A stretch of 64,000 nt of DNA. It comes from Candidatus Iainarchaeum sp. Its GTDB lineage: Archaea; Iainarchaeota; Iainarchaeia; Iainarchaeales; UBA10219. The stretch covers positions 96,001 to 160,000 of the forward strand of contig JAGVWE010000002.1 of assembly GCA_018304425.1 (NCBI GenBank), written 5' to 3'. Positions 55,937-64,000 of this stretch are shown piece after piece; the first letter of the stretch is position 1; the number at the start of each line of letters is the position of its first letter. The position numbers and the translations under genes are program-made. The notes beneath the pieces were generated by a model. The model did not search any database. It saw only the letters and a list, made by a program, of their open reading frames with translations, and was not told the origin of the DNA.

Positions 55937-57181
55937 TCAGGGTCTGGGCAGGAGCTCGGCGGCCCCACGGGCAAGGAGGTAGATGGCGGCGAACTCCGGG
56001 AGCTCGACGACCTCCTGCGAGTAGGGGCCGAAACCTTCCCCGCCCAACGAAAACCTGGGGGCCTTTAAGGCTTTAACCTTAACGGTTTCGCCGCCCCCGC
56101 CGAAGACCACGGTTTCCTTCAAGGGGTCGAATGCCGGCAAGGCCTCCAAGGCAACGGTCTTGGCGAGCAAGCCCGTGCTCCCGTGAAGCGTGTCCGGAAC
56201 CCGCACGATTTTGCTGATGTCCGCGGAAGTCTGCCGGTCCACGTCGAGGCGCAACCCCTCCACGGCGTAGGCCAAGAGGTTGCCCCAGAATTGCTCGGTC
56301 TGCTTGCCGGGGAACTGGTGCATCAAGCCCTTGTCCAGGTCGGCCAGGATTTTTTCCCGCTTTTCCAAGAGTTTCTTCGCGGTCGGGATGCCAATGCGGC
56401 CGTATACTGACAAGGCCGAGGCATCCGCCGTGGAAAGGAATTCCGCGAGCCGGTCGAGGAGCCTCCGCGCCCAACCCAGGGCTTCGCCCCGGCTCCGCGG
56501 GGGGCAGACGAAGCGGTGGTCCTCCGTCAGGTAAAACCCCAGCGCCTTGAAGTCCAGGTTGGCGGCCGTCAAGTAGTCCAGCAACTCGATGCGCGCGGGA
56601 TTGGAGAGGTGCTGGACGGCCTCGCTGCGGACGTGGAGGTGGTAGCCCTTGCCGCCCGAGGAATTGATGGCCATGCCATCGGCTGCGGACAAACCGAAAT
56701 CGTTTTCCAGGAAGTCCAGCAAGCGGAACACCTGCTTCTTGACCGCGCCCAGGCATTCCCCGCACACCCATTCCTCGCGTTCCACGCGCTGGCCGCAGGA
56801 CGTGCAGTTCTCCAGGAGACCGGGGCCGTTGGCCCCGCACTTGCCGCACTTCCAGGCATCGTGTTGTTTCTTGCAGTCCGTCTTCAAGTCATCGGCGTCG
56901 AATTCATAGACCAGGTCCGCTTTGATGAACTTCTTGGCCTCCATGGGCCTCCGGTCCGGGTAATTGTAGTAGGCATTCGAGTAAGAAATGTAGAAGGGGG
57001 CCTGCTCGCGCAGGAACCGGTTGAGTTCCTCGCGGGAGCGGAAGGCCAGGTGGCGCTGGTTGATTTTAATGCCATAGTCCCCGGTGCCGAACTCGCGTTG
57101 CGCGAGGTCAGGCGGACCCGCCACCGGGGTTTTTGCATAGTAAGCGCGGAAGCGCTCGCGCAGGAAACCCACGACCTCCAT
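55937..57181 (-). CDS. priS: DNA primase catalytic (small) subunit
   Basis: REFG, DLVYEFDAD, SGGKGYH, RVPDTLHG.TG; Zn-binding Cys insert. Confidence 0.93.
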   Translation of the reverse strand: MEVVGFLRERFRAYYAKTPVAGPPDLAQREFGTGDYGIKINQRHLAFRSREELNRFLREQAPFYISYSNAYYNYPDRRPMEAKKFIKADLVYEFDADDLKTDCKKQHDAWKCGKCGANGPGLLENCTSCGQRVEREEWVCGECLGAVKKQVFRLLDFLENDFGLSAADGMAINSSGGKGYHLHVRSEAVQHLSNPARIELLDYLTAANLDFKALGFYLTEDHRFVCPPRSRGEALGWARRLLDRLAEFLSTADASALSVYGRIGIPTAKKLLEKREKILADLDKGLMHQFPGKQTEQFWGNLLAYAVEGLRLDVDRQTSADISKIVRVPDTLHGSTGLLAKTVALEALPAFDPLKETVVFGGGGETVKVKALKAPRFSLGGEGFGPYSQEVVELPEFAAIYLLARGAAELLPRP

Positions 57182-57249
57182 GCAAGGAAATCCCCCAAAA
57201 AAGCTTAATAAGCGGAACGGCTGACAAGTCATACGACGGGGTTAAGACA

Positions 57250-59535
57250 ATGGAGTCACGTAATCGGGGGCTGGTGCCCGTGCTTTTGCTGGCGGCCGTT
57301 CTTTTGCTGGCGGCCCCGGTGCAAGCCGAGGCAGTCTCCAAGCCACTCTATGACACCAGCCTCGACTATTCCGTGCTGGGCTTGAAAGAGGTTTCCCCGG
57401 ACGGCTTCCTCTCGGTGAAGACCCCGGAGGCCTCGTTCGAGTACAAGGCCTATGCCTTGCTCCCGGAAGAGGCTGGCCTCGTGGGAGTGGGAAGGTTCCA
57501 GCCCACCCTGCAAATTTTCTTGGAGGTGCGGAACGCGGAGGGCGTGCTCCGGTTGACGCGGCTCGCGGACTCCAAGTTCAAACGGCTTGGCTCCACCGCT
57601 TCCACGCCCTACTTCGAGCCGGTGCTCCGGGAGGGCTTCTACGAGGTCAGCGGCGAAAAAGAGTTTTCAGTCGAGTACGCGTGGCCCGTGTACGCGTTGT
57701 TCGGGGAAGCGTTCGGCAGCGTGAACGCAAGGGGCCCCTTCGTGGTCAACGGCCAACGGCTCTCGTCCTTCACCGTGCACGCGCCCAAGAACGCGAAACC
57801 CCTGTTCTTCCGGGACGCGGGAAACCCGGGGGGAGTCTTTTTCCTCGGCCTGCACTCGGCGTTCTACTTCAACCACGTGCAGGCCGCGTTCGCCTATGAA
57901 TTGGAGGGACAAGGGCGGTTGGCCCGGTTCGGGTTCCTGGCCCTCGCCATTGCCTTGGCCGTGCTTGCAACAGCAGCCAACGCGCGCGCGCCCAGGCCGC
58001 GACTGGCCTTTCAGCCGCAGTCCAAAGGCTTCGCGGTTTGCCTGGTGCTGGCCTCCCTGCTGGCCCTGCAGTTGGCCTTCGCGGCCGCACCCGGAAAAGC
58101 GGCAAACCTCACCGTGGTATTGGATGACACGGGTTTTCCCCTGGAAGCCGAGCCACTGGTTTGGTCGTTCAAGGCGCCCTTCCACTTGCTCTTGGCCTTG
58201 GCGAGAACCCAGGCCGTGGAAAGCGTGGTGCTCGGCCAAACCATTCGATGCGGCAAAGACTACGCGTTCCTGCAGCCCGTGTACCGGGAGCTGGCGCGCT
58301 CCGCAGGGCAAGCGCAAGTGCAGGCCACGGCTTTGGCTGCCGACACCGCGTGTGGACAGGAGTTAGGGGAATTGTTCGCCAAAAAAGGGACGGCGGAACC
58401 GGCAACGACTCAGTCAGCAGCACCCTTGCCTGCAACGCCCCTGCAAGCGGCGGCTCGGGCCCTGCAGCGCCTCATTTTTTTGCTGGTGAACGCGGCCGTG
58501 TTCTTCGCGGCGGCCGCGGTCTCGTTGGCGGCGCTGGAGTTGAAGCAGTGGAATGGGTTGATGCCAGGGCAAGGAAAGTGGAAGGTGGTAGGCGAGGCAA
58601 GGAAGTACGGGTGGTTAGGGGCCCTGGCCTTGGCTGCCTCGGCGGGCTTGGCCATGCTCGTGTTGCTGGTGGGCTTCCAGGCCGGCGTGCCCGTGACCTA
58701 TCACGGGGGAAGCGGGCAGGGCCTGACCATGGCCTCGAATTTTTGGCCCCAAGTGTTCGGAGAAGGGCATAGCCTGGCCTTGGCGGCTGCCTTGGCCGGA
58801 ACGTTGGCGGCCTTCCTGGGAGGCAGGCACCGGTTCAGTTTCAAGGCATTGGCTGGCGTGGCGGTCGTGGGCTTGTTCTTGTTGGCGTTGCCGCAAACCT
58901 CGTACGCCGTGAAGCGGAACGCCTTGTCCCTGGCTTGCGCGGACTGCGTGATGGATGAAACCGGGGAAAGCCTGTCGGTTGCGCTGGCCAAAATCGTTGC
59001 GCCCATGAGCCAGGGAAAGGCCTGGCAGTTGCTGGCCGCTTCAACCGAGCCACAGGCCAAAAAGTTCTTCGAAGAAATCGACCGGCTGCGCTACCAGGGG
59101 AGGAGGGAAGAGGCCCTGGCCTTGCTTCGGGAGTTCGCGTTGCGCAACCAGGGCCGGGACTCGGAGGCCGAAGCCCTCTACCGCATTGGCGCGATTTCGC
59201 AGTCCATGGGTCGAAGCCGGGAAGCCGTGAACGGTTTTGCGTTGGCGGCGCGGCGGTTCCCCGCCCACGCGAATGCCGCGGCCGCGCTCTACAACGCGGG
59301 AACCATTGCCTTTTCGTTGAAGGAATATGGGGAAGCCGTGGAAGCCTTGGAGCGGTTGACGAAAGACTATGCGGGCAGCCCGTTCAGGCCGGCCGGCCTC
59401 TACTATCTCGCCCTCGCCTATAGCGCGTCGGGCCAACGCGACCGGGCCGGCCAGGCGCTCGGCGAACTCATCGAAAAGTATCCCGACCACTCGATGGCAG
59501 AGGCAGCGAAGAGCCAGCAGGGGTTGATTGGATGA
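57250..59535 (+). CDS. Large multi-pass membrane protein with N-terminal exported domain and C-terminal TPR repeats
   Basis: Signal peptide; several TM helices; EALYRIG, AALYNAG and GLYYLALAY TPR units with YP boundaries. Confidence 0.75.
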   Translation: MESRNRGLVPVLLLAAVLLLAAPVQAEAVSKPLYDTSLDYSVLGLKEVSPDGFLSVKTPEASFEYKAYALLPEEAGLVGVGRFQPTLQIFLEVRNAEGVLRLTRLADSKFKRLGSTASTPYFEPVLREGFYEVSGEKEFSVEYAWPVYALFGEAFGSVNARGPFVVNGQRLSSFTVHAPKNAKPLFFRDAGNPGGVFFLGLHSAFYFNHVQAAFAYELEGQGRLARFGFLALAIALAVLATAANARAPRPRLAFQPQSKGFAVCLVLASLLALQLAFAAAPGKAANLTVVLDDTGFPLEAEPLVWSFKAPFHLLLALARTQAVESVVLGQTIRCGKDYAFLQPVYRELARSAGQAQVQATALAADTACGQELGELFAKKGTAEPATTQSAAPLPATPLQAAARALQRLIFLLVNAAVFFAAAAVSLAALELKQWNGLMPGQGKWKVVGEARKYGWLGALALAASAGLAMLVLLVGFQAGVPVTYHGGSGQGLTMASNFWPQVFGEGHSLALAAALAGTLAAFLGGRHRFSFKALAGVAVVGLFLLALPQTSYAVKRNALSLACADCVMDETGESLSVALAKIVAPMSQGKAWQLLAASTEPQAKKFFEEIDRLRYQGRREEALALLREFALRNQGRDSEAEALYRIGAISQSMGRSREAVNGFALAARRFPAHANAAAALYNAGTIAFSLKEYGEAVEALERLTKDYAGSPFRPAGLYYLALAYSASGQRDRAGQALGELIEKYPDHSMAEAAKSQQGLIG

Positions 59536-59903
59536 GGGGCGGGAAGGTGTTGGGGGCCGGGCTGGTGCTGGTGGCGTTGCTGGGACTGGCTGGAACGGTG
59601 GGCGCTGAAACGTTGGCGGGTGCGATGCCGAGCCCCAGCCGGGGCACGGCCCTTTATTGGGCGGGCATCGTGGTGTTGGCGGCGCTGCCCTTGATGGGGC
59701 GTTGGCTGGGTTCCCTGGCCTTCTTTGGCGCGGCCGTGCTGGTGGCGAGGGGCCTCATGCGGATTGTCAGCGAATTCGATGGCGGGCGCGTGCTGGAGAG
59801 CCTGGTACCGGGACTCGTGATCGGCGTGCAGTTGGCGTTGGCGTTGGTTGCGACACGCATGGCGGCCAAGGCCGTGAAGGAAGTTGCCAAGCGGATTTTA
59901 TAA
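59532..59903 (+). CDS. Small membrane protein
   Basis: ATGA overlap with the upstream gene; 3-4 hydrophobic helices. Confidence 0.65.
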   Translation: MRGGKVLGAGLVLVALLGLAGTVGAETLAGAMPSPSRGTALYWAGIVVLAALPLMGRWLGSLAFFGAAVLVARGLMRIVSEFDGGRVLESLVPGLVIGVQLALALVATRMAAKAVKEVAKRIL

Positions 59904-59927
59904 AGACATAGAGCGTACAAGCATTGG

Positions 59928-62600
59928 ATGCCCGCGAACTGGTATTCATTGGATGCCGCACAGGCCTTGCGGGAACTGGGTTCCCAGGAGAAGGGGTTGA
60001 GCGAGGCCGAGGCCGTGGAGCGCCTCCAGAAGTTTGGCTATAACCGGCTGGCGGCTGGCAAGCGCACCACGGCCCTGGAAATGTTCGTGGCCCAGTTCAA
60101 TAACTTCCTGGTCTTAATCCTGATTGCGGCCGGCGGGGTGTCCTTTTTCTTGGGCGATGAAGTGGACGCCATCGCCATTTTCGCCATCGTGGTGTTGAAC
60201 GCGGTGTTCGGGTTCGTGCAGGAGTTCAAGGCCGAGAAGGCCATGGAGGCCTTGAAGAAGATGACGGCCTTGCACGCCAAGGTCGTGCGGGACGGGATTC
60301 CCCGGGAAATCGATGCCGCCGAGCTGGTGCCGGGAGACCTGGTGTTGTTGGATGAGGGTTCCAAGTTTCCGGCTGATTTGCGCTTGATTGAATCGGTTAA
60401 CCTCAAAGTGGATGAAGCGCTGTTGACCGGGGAAAGCAACCCCGTGACCAAGACCGCGGAGTCCCTGGACGGAAAGAGAGTGCTGGCCGACCAGAAGAAC
60501 ATGGGGTTCATGAACACGATTGTTACGTATGGCCGCGGGAAGGGGCTGGTCATTGGCACGGGCATGCAGACCGAGTTCGGGAAAATCGCGGGCATCATCA
60601 AGGAAATAGAGGAAGAGGACACGCCCCTGAAGAAGAAGCTGAATGGGCTCGCCAAGCAACTGGGCTGGGGAACCATGGCCATCATCGCGGTGTTGTTCGC
60701 CATCGGCTTGTTCGAGGGCCGGCCGTGGCTGGAGATGTTCATCACCTCGGTTTCGCTGGGGGTTGCCGCCATCCCGGAAGGCCTGCCGGCCGTGATAACG
60801 ATTACGCTGGCCTTGGGCGTGCAGCAGATGGCGAAAGCCAATGCCCTCGTGCGGAGGATGCCGGCCGTGGAGGCGCTGGGCTCTGCGACCGTGATTTGCT
60901 CGGACAAGACGGGGACGCTGACGCGGAACGAGATGGTCGCGGAAAGGGTGTACGTCAACGGCCGGATGCTGGAAGTCAGCGGCACGGGCTATGAGCCGGA
61001 GGGAAAACTGTTGTTTGAAGGCAGGGAAGTCAGGCTGGGAGAGGACCGCGAGCTCACCGGCTTGCTGGAGGCCGCCAACAACTGCAATGACGCCTCGATT
61101 GCGGGCACGAATGGAACCATCAGCGCGGTGGGCGACCCCACGGAACTCGCCTTGATTGCGTTGGCGCGCAAGGGCGGCGCGAAGGAAAAGATGTCCCGCT
61201 TGGACGAGGTTCCCTTTTCCTCGGAACGAAAAATGATGACCACCGTGCACGCCGTGAACGGGAAGACCCTGGCCTACAGCAAGGGCGCCTTGGAGCGGAT
61301 GCTGGAGGCCTGTGACCGCGTCAGCGAGCGGGGAAGCGTGAAGCCATTGACCGCGGAGAAGAGGCAGGCCCTCACCCTGGTCGGCAACCAACTGGCGGAA
61401 CAGGCCTACCGCGTGCTGGGCCTGGCGTTCAAGGAATTGGACCAGGGCACGGGCAGCGAAGCCTATGAAAGGGGCCTGGTCTTCCTAGGCTTGGTGGGGT
61501 TGCGGGATCCGCCCCGCGAGGAAGTCGTGGAAGCCATTGCCTTGTGCCATAGTGCGGGCATCAAGGTGAAAATCATCACGGGCGACAACGCGTTGACCGC
61601 GAAAGCCATCGGGGAAAAGATTGGCTTGCCCTCACCCCAGGTGTTCACGGGCAACGACCTGGATGCCTTGGACGAGCAGGGCTTCCGGGAAGCCGTGAAA
61701 GCGGCCAGCATCTTTGCACGCGTGAACCCCGAGCACAAGTTCAGGATCGTGAAGGCCTTGAAGGAAATGGGGGAAATCGTGGCGGTCACGGGAGATGGGG
61801 TCAACGATGCCCCGGCCTTGAAGCAGTCGGACATCGGCATTGCCATGGGCATCAAGGGAACCGACGTGACGAAAGAGGCATCCGATATCGTGTTGCGCGA
61901 CGACAACTTTGCCACCATCGTGAAGGCCGTGAAAGAGGGGCGAAGGATTTACGCCAACATCCGTTCGTTCATCCGCTACCTTTTGGCGGCCAACATCACC
62001 GAGGTCTTGATTGTCGCGATTGCCACGACGGCCGCGCTGCCGCTGCCATTGAGCGCCATCCAGCTGCTGTGGATCAACCTGGTCACGGATGGCTTGCCGG
62101 CGCTGGCCCTGGGCGTGGAACCCGCCGAGCAGGACCTCATGCGGAGGAAGCCAGCCAACCCCAGGGCCAAGGTACTGCATGGCATGCTGCCCTTCATCGC
62201 CATCAGCGGCTTGCTGGGCACCGTGGCCGCCCTCGTGGGGTACGGGGAAGGCCTGGGGTTGCTGGGCCTGGGTTCGGGCCACGAGGGAGTCGAAAAAGCG
62301 CGGACCGTGGTGTTCACCATCGTGGTAATCTACGAGATGTTCCTGGTGTTCAACGCCCGCGGCGACGTGAAATCCATTTTCGAACTGCACCCCTTCTCCA
62401 ACAAGTGGCTGATGGCAGGGGTCGCGAGCGCGATTGGCTTGCAGTTCCTGGTCATCTACCATCCCCTGCTGCAGCCGTTCTTCAAGTCGGTGCCGCTTGA
62501 CTTGGAGGACTGGGGGGTCATCCTGGCCTGCTCGGCGCTGGCGTTCACCGTGCCGTACTTGAACCGGGGCTGGCGAAAGCTGCGGCATGGAAAGAAATAA
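59928..62600 (+). CDS. P-type ATPase, type IIA (Ca2+-transporting-like)
   Basis: LTGES, IPEGLP, CSDKTGTLT, KGALE, TGDGVNDAPAL, WINLVTDG. Confidence 0.95.
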   Translation: MPANWYSLDAAQALRELGSQEKGLSEAEAVERLQKFGYNRLAAGKRTTALEMFVAQFNNFLVLILIAAGGVSFFLGDEVDAIAIFAIVVLNAVFGFVQEFKAEKAMEALKKMTALHAKVVRDGIPREIDAAELVPGDLVLLDEGSKFPADLRLIESVNLKVDEALLTGESNPVTKTAESLDGKRVLADQKNMGFMNTIVTYGRGKGLVIGTGMQTEFGKIAGIIKEIEEEDTPLKKKLNGLAKQLGWGTMAIIAVLFAIGLFEGRPWLEMFITSVSLGVAAIPEGLPAVITITLALGVQQMAKANALVRRMPAVEALGSATVICSDKTGTLTRNEMVAERVYVNGRMLEVSGTGYEPEGKLLFEGREVRLGEDRELTGLLEAANNCNDASIAGTNGTISAVGDPTELALIALARKGGAKEKMSRLDEVPFSSERKMMTTVHAVNGKTLAYSKGALERMLEACDRVSERGSVKPLTAEKRQALTLVGNQLAEQAYRVLGLAFKELDQGTGSEAYERGLVFLGLVGLRDPPREEVVEAIALCHSAGIKVKIITGDNALTAKAIGEKIGLPSPQVFTGNDLDALDEQGFREAVKAASIFARVNPEHKFRIVKALKEMGEIVAVTGDGVNDAPALKQSDIGIAMGIKGTDVTKEASDIVLRDDNFATIVKAVKEGRRIYANIRSFIRYLLAANITEVLIVAIATTAALPLPLSAIQLLWINLVTDGLPALALGVEPAEQDLMRRKPANPRAKVLHGMLPFIAISGLLGTVAALVGYGEGLGLLGLGSGHEGVEKARTVVFTIVVIYEMFLVFNARGDVKSIFELHPFSNKWLMAGVASAIGLQFLVIYHPLLQPFFKSVPLDLEDWGVILACSALAFTVPYLNRGWRKLRHGKK

Positions 62601-62617
62601 GGGCAAAAAAAGAGGAA

Positions 62618-63327
62618 TTACTGGCCACTGCTTTGGCGGCCTTTCCGCCTTCTGCGCAAAGCAGCGGCACCTGCGGCAGCCAAGCCAAGCCCAACGAGAT
62701 TCCCGGCAGCGGCTCCGGCAGCGCCTCCCACGTTACGAAAGCCGCGGGCCTGATCGGTTTCGGCCCTGCGATGCCAGTCCCTCGACAGCTGTGCGGTCTC
62801 ATCGGCCCATCGAATTGCCGGGTCGGCTTGCTCTACCCGCCTTATTTCCGCGTCCAGCCACAACCGCAAAGCATCCACGGGCCGCATCGTTCTATGGAAG
62901 GATTCAAGGTATTTCCCTGGATCGATTCCACGCGCACGCATGGCCTCATTTATTTTACGCTCAGTCCAGTCCTTGATTTCTCTATCCTGCCACTCCATCC
63001 GGATTCGATTCAACTTGGCCCATTCCGGGTTAGCGTTTCTGGCCCTCCCGGCCTCCTCACTTGTAACCCCCGCGGATCTGAATGCATGAAGTACGGGTTC
63101 CGTGGCAAGACGCTGGGAAGCATGTTTTCCTGCCTCCATTCCCCCACAGCACCCAAGAGACTCCCCATGGCGGCAGCCCCAACCAATGCCGCTGCCGCGC
63201 GTCCGCTGGCCGCGCGACGGGAACTGCGGGCCCGGCCGCTGAGCGACCTTGTCGCCGTCCTCACTCCTCTTCCAACGGCACTCACGGCTCTGCGCATGGA
63301 ACCGGGTCTCTTAGATGATGCACGCAT
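62618..63327 (-). pseudogene. Frameshifted orphan membrane protein (Arg-rich N-terminus, TM, helical domain, TM, RRRRK)
   Basis: ORFs 63010..63327 and 62618..63139 join if one G is added to the G5 run at 63067-63071; TATATA box upstream. Confidence 0.5.
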
Positions 63328-63451
63328 GATAAAGAATTAGCCTTTCCCCTATATATAGCTTTTGCCCTGCAAGGAGCGGGATTCAGGTCACGAAAGCCGG
63401 GCACCGCAAGCACATCTACGAGCGGTAACCCTGCAAGGCGAGTTGGTTGCT

Positions 63452-63739
63452 TTAAAGGACGGCCAGCTTGCCTCTTTTGCCGGCGCTGACCTGGATTTTT
63501 CCCTTGTAAGCCGTGCACCAGCCCTCGGTTATCCGGATTTTGTTGCCTTCCTTGACCAGCCCGGTATCGTCGCCCCAGAGGCTCACGCTTACTTCCTGGC
63601 CTTCCGAGTCCTTGCCGGCCGCGTTGGCCACGGTGCCTTCGCCTCGCTCGGTGGCGAACCGCCTTGGTTCCCCAACCGTGGTAATCTCGAGTTCCATTTC
63701 CGGGATCGGCGTATTGGGCTTCAATTCCTTTACCAGCAT
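63452..63739 (-). CDS. Single OB-fold ssDNA-binding protein (SSB/RPA-like)
   Basis: VKELKP, F...GEG.VANA..KD..G.V.V.LWG, EG.C..YKG.IQV..G. Confidence 0.88.
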   Translation of the reverse strand: MLVKELKPNTPIPEMELEITTVGEPRRFATERGEGTVANAAGKDSEGQEVSVSLWGDDTGLVKEGNKIRITEGWCTAYKGKIQVSAGKRGKLAVL

Positions 63740-63822
63740 TCACATCACTCCAAAACAGCGTTGAAAAAACAATTTACTGATTCTGGGTGGGAAAAATATA
63801 AAAACAAGGGGGTCAACGGCTT

Positions 63823-64000
63823 TCACTTGCGTTCCAAGGTGAACTCCAGCTGCAACGGCCCCGGGGGGGTCTTGGACTCCAAGGCAAACAGTTCCTCGGG
63901 CATGAAGCTGTTGGGTCTGAGCGTGGACGAGAGGTCTATGACGAGGGGCGAGCGTTCTTCCTGCAGGATGCCGCTTAACTCGGTTTCGCCAGCCCAACCA
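63823..64000 (-). CDS. 3' end of a hypothetical protein (truncated by window edge)
   Basis: Open frame ...ETELSGILQEERSPLVIDL...LEFTLERK* with GC-ending codons. Confidence 0.5.
   Translation of the reverse strand, partial: GWAGETELSGILQEERSPLVIDLSSTLRPNSFMPEELFALESKTPPGPLQLEFTLERK

Noticed and set aside
63365-63440. Repeated CCCTGCAAGG 10-mer downstream of the SSB gene
   Set aside because: Only two short copies, with no further structure I can support.

Overview
GC-rich archaeal chromosomal segment. The gene content and S-layer type suggest a DPANN lineage, probably Diapherotrites/Iainarchaeota or Micrarchaeota-like; this is inference, not searched. Core genes: aIF-2beta, aIF-1A, RIO1, KH/Dim2, top6B/A, mre11, uL16, dph2, pyrH, aRF1, truD, EndoQ, PAC2, aIF-2alpha, GINS, PriS and SSB. 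Also present are a Liv-type ABC transporter, an S-layer gene with neighbouring glycosylation genes, a P-type ATPase and two toxin-antitoxin pairs. The most notable observations are: (1) a 144-aa mini-intein inserted directly after the catalytic GGQ of release factor aRF1; (2) a ~1.9-kb cassette at tRNA-Cys, bounded by an 11-bp repeat of the tRNA 3' end, carrying six palindromes and an AbiE-like type IV TA pair; (3) a DAP-type lysine operon (lysC-asd-dapB-dapA-lysA-dapL, no dapF) preceded by a uORF and a terminator-like leader; (4) two paralogous orphan membrane-anchored proteins bracketing that region, which belong to a larger set of orphans with Arg/Pro-rich N-termini; (5) a structured ~90-nt RNA candidate ahead of tRNA-Cys; (6) a long 5'-UTR stem on the S-layer gene; and (7) a ThiI homologue lacking its PP-loop. 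All calls come from reading motifs by eye; no database searches were run.
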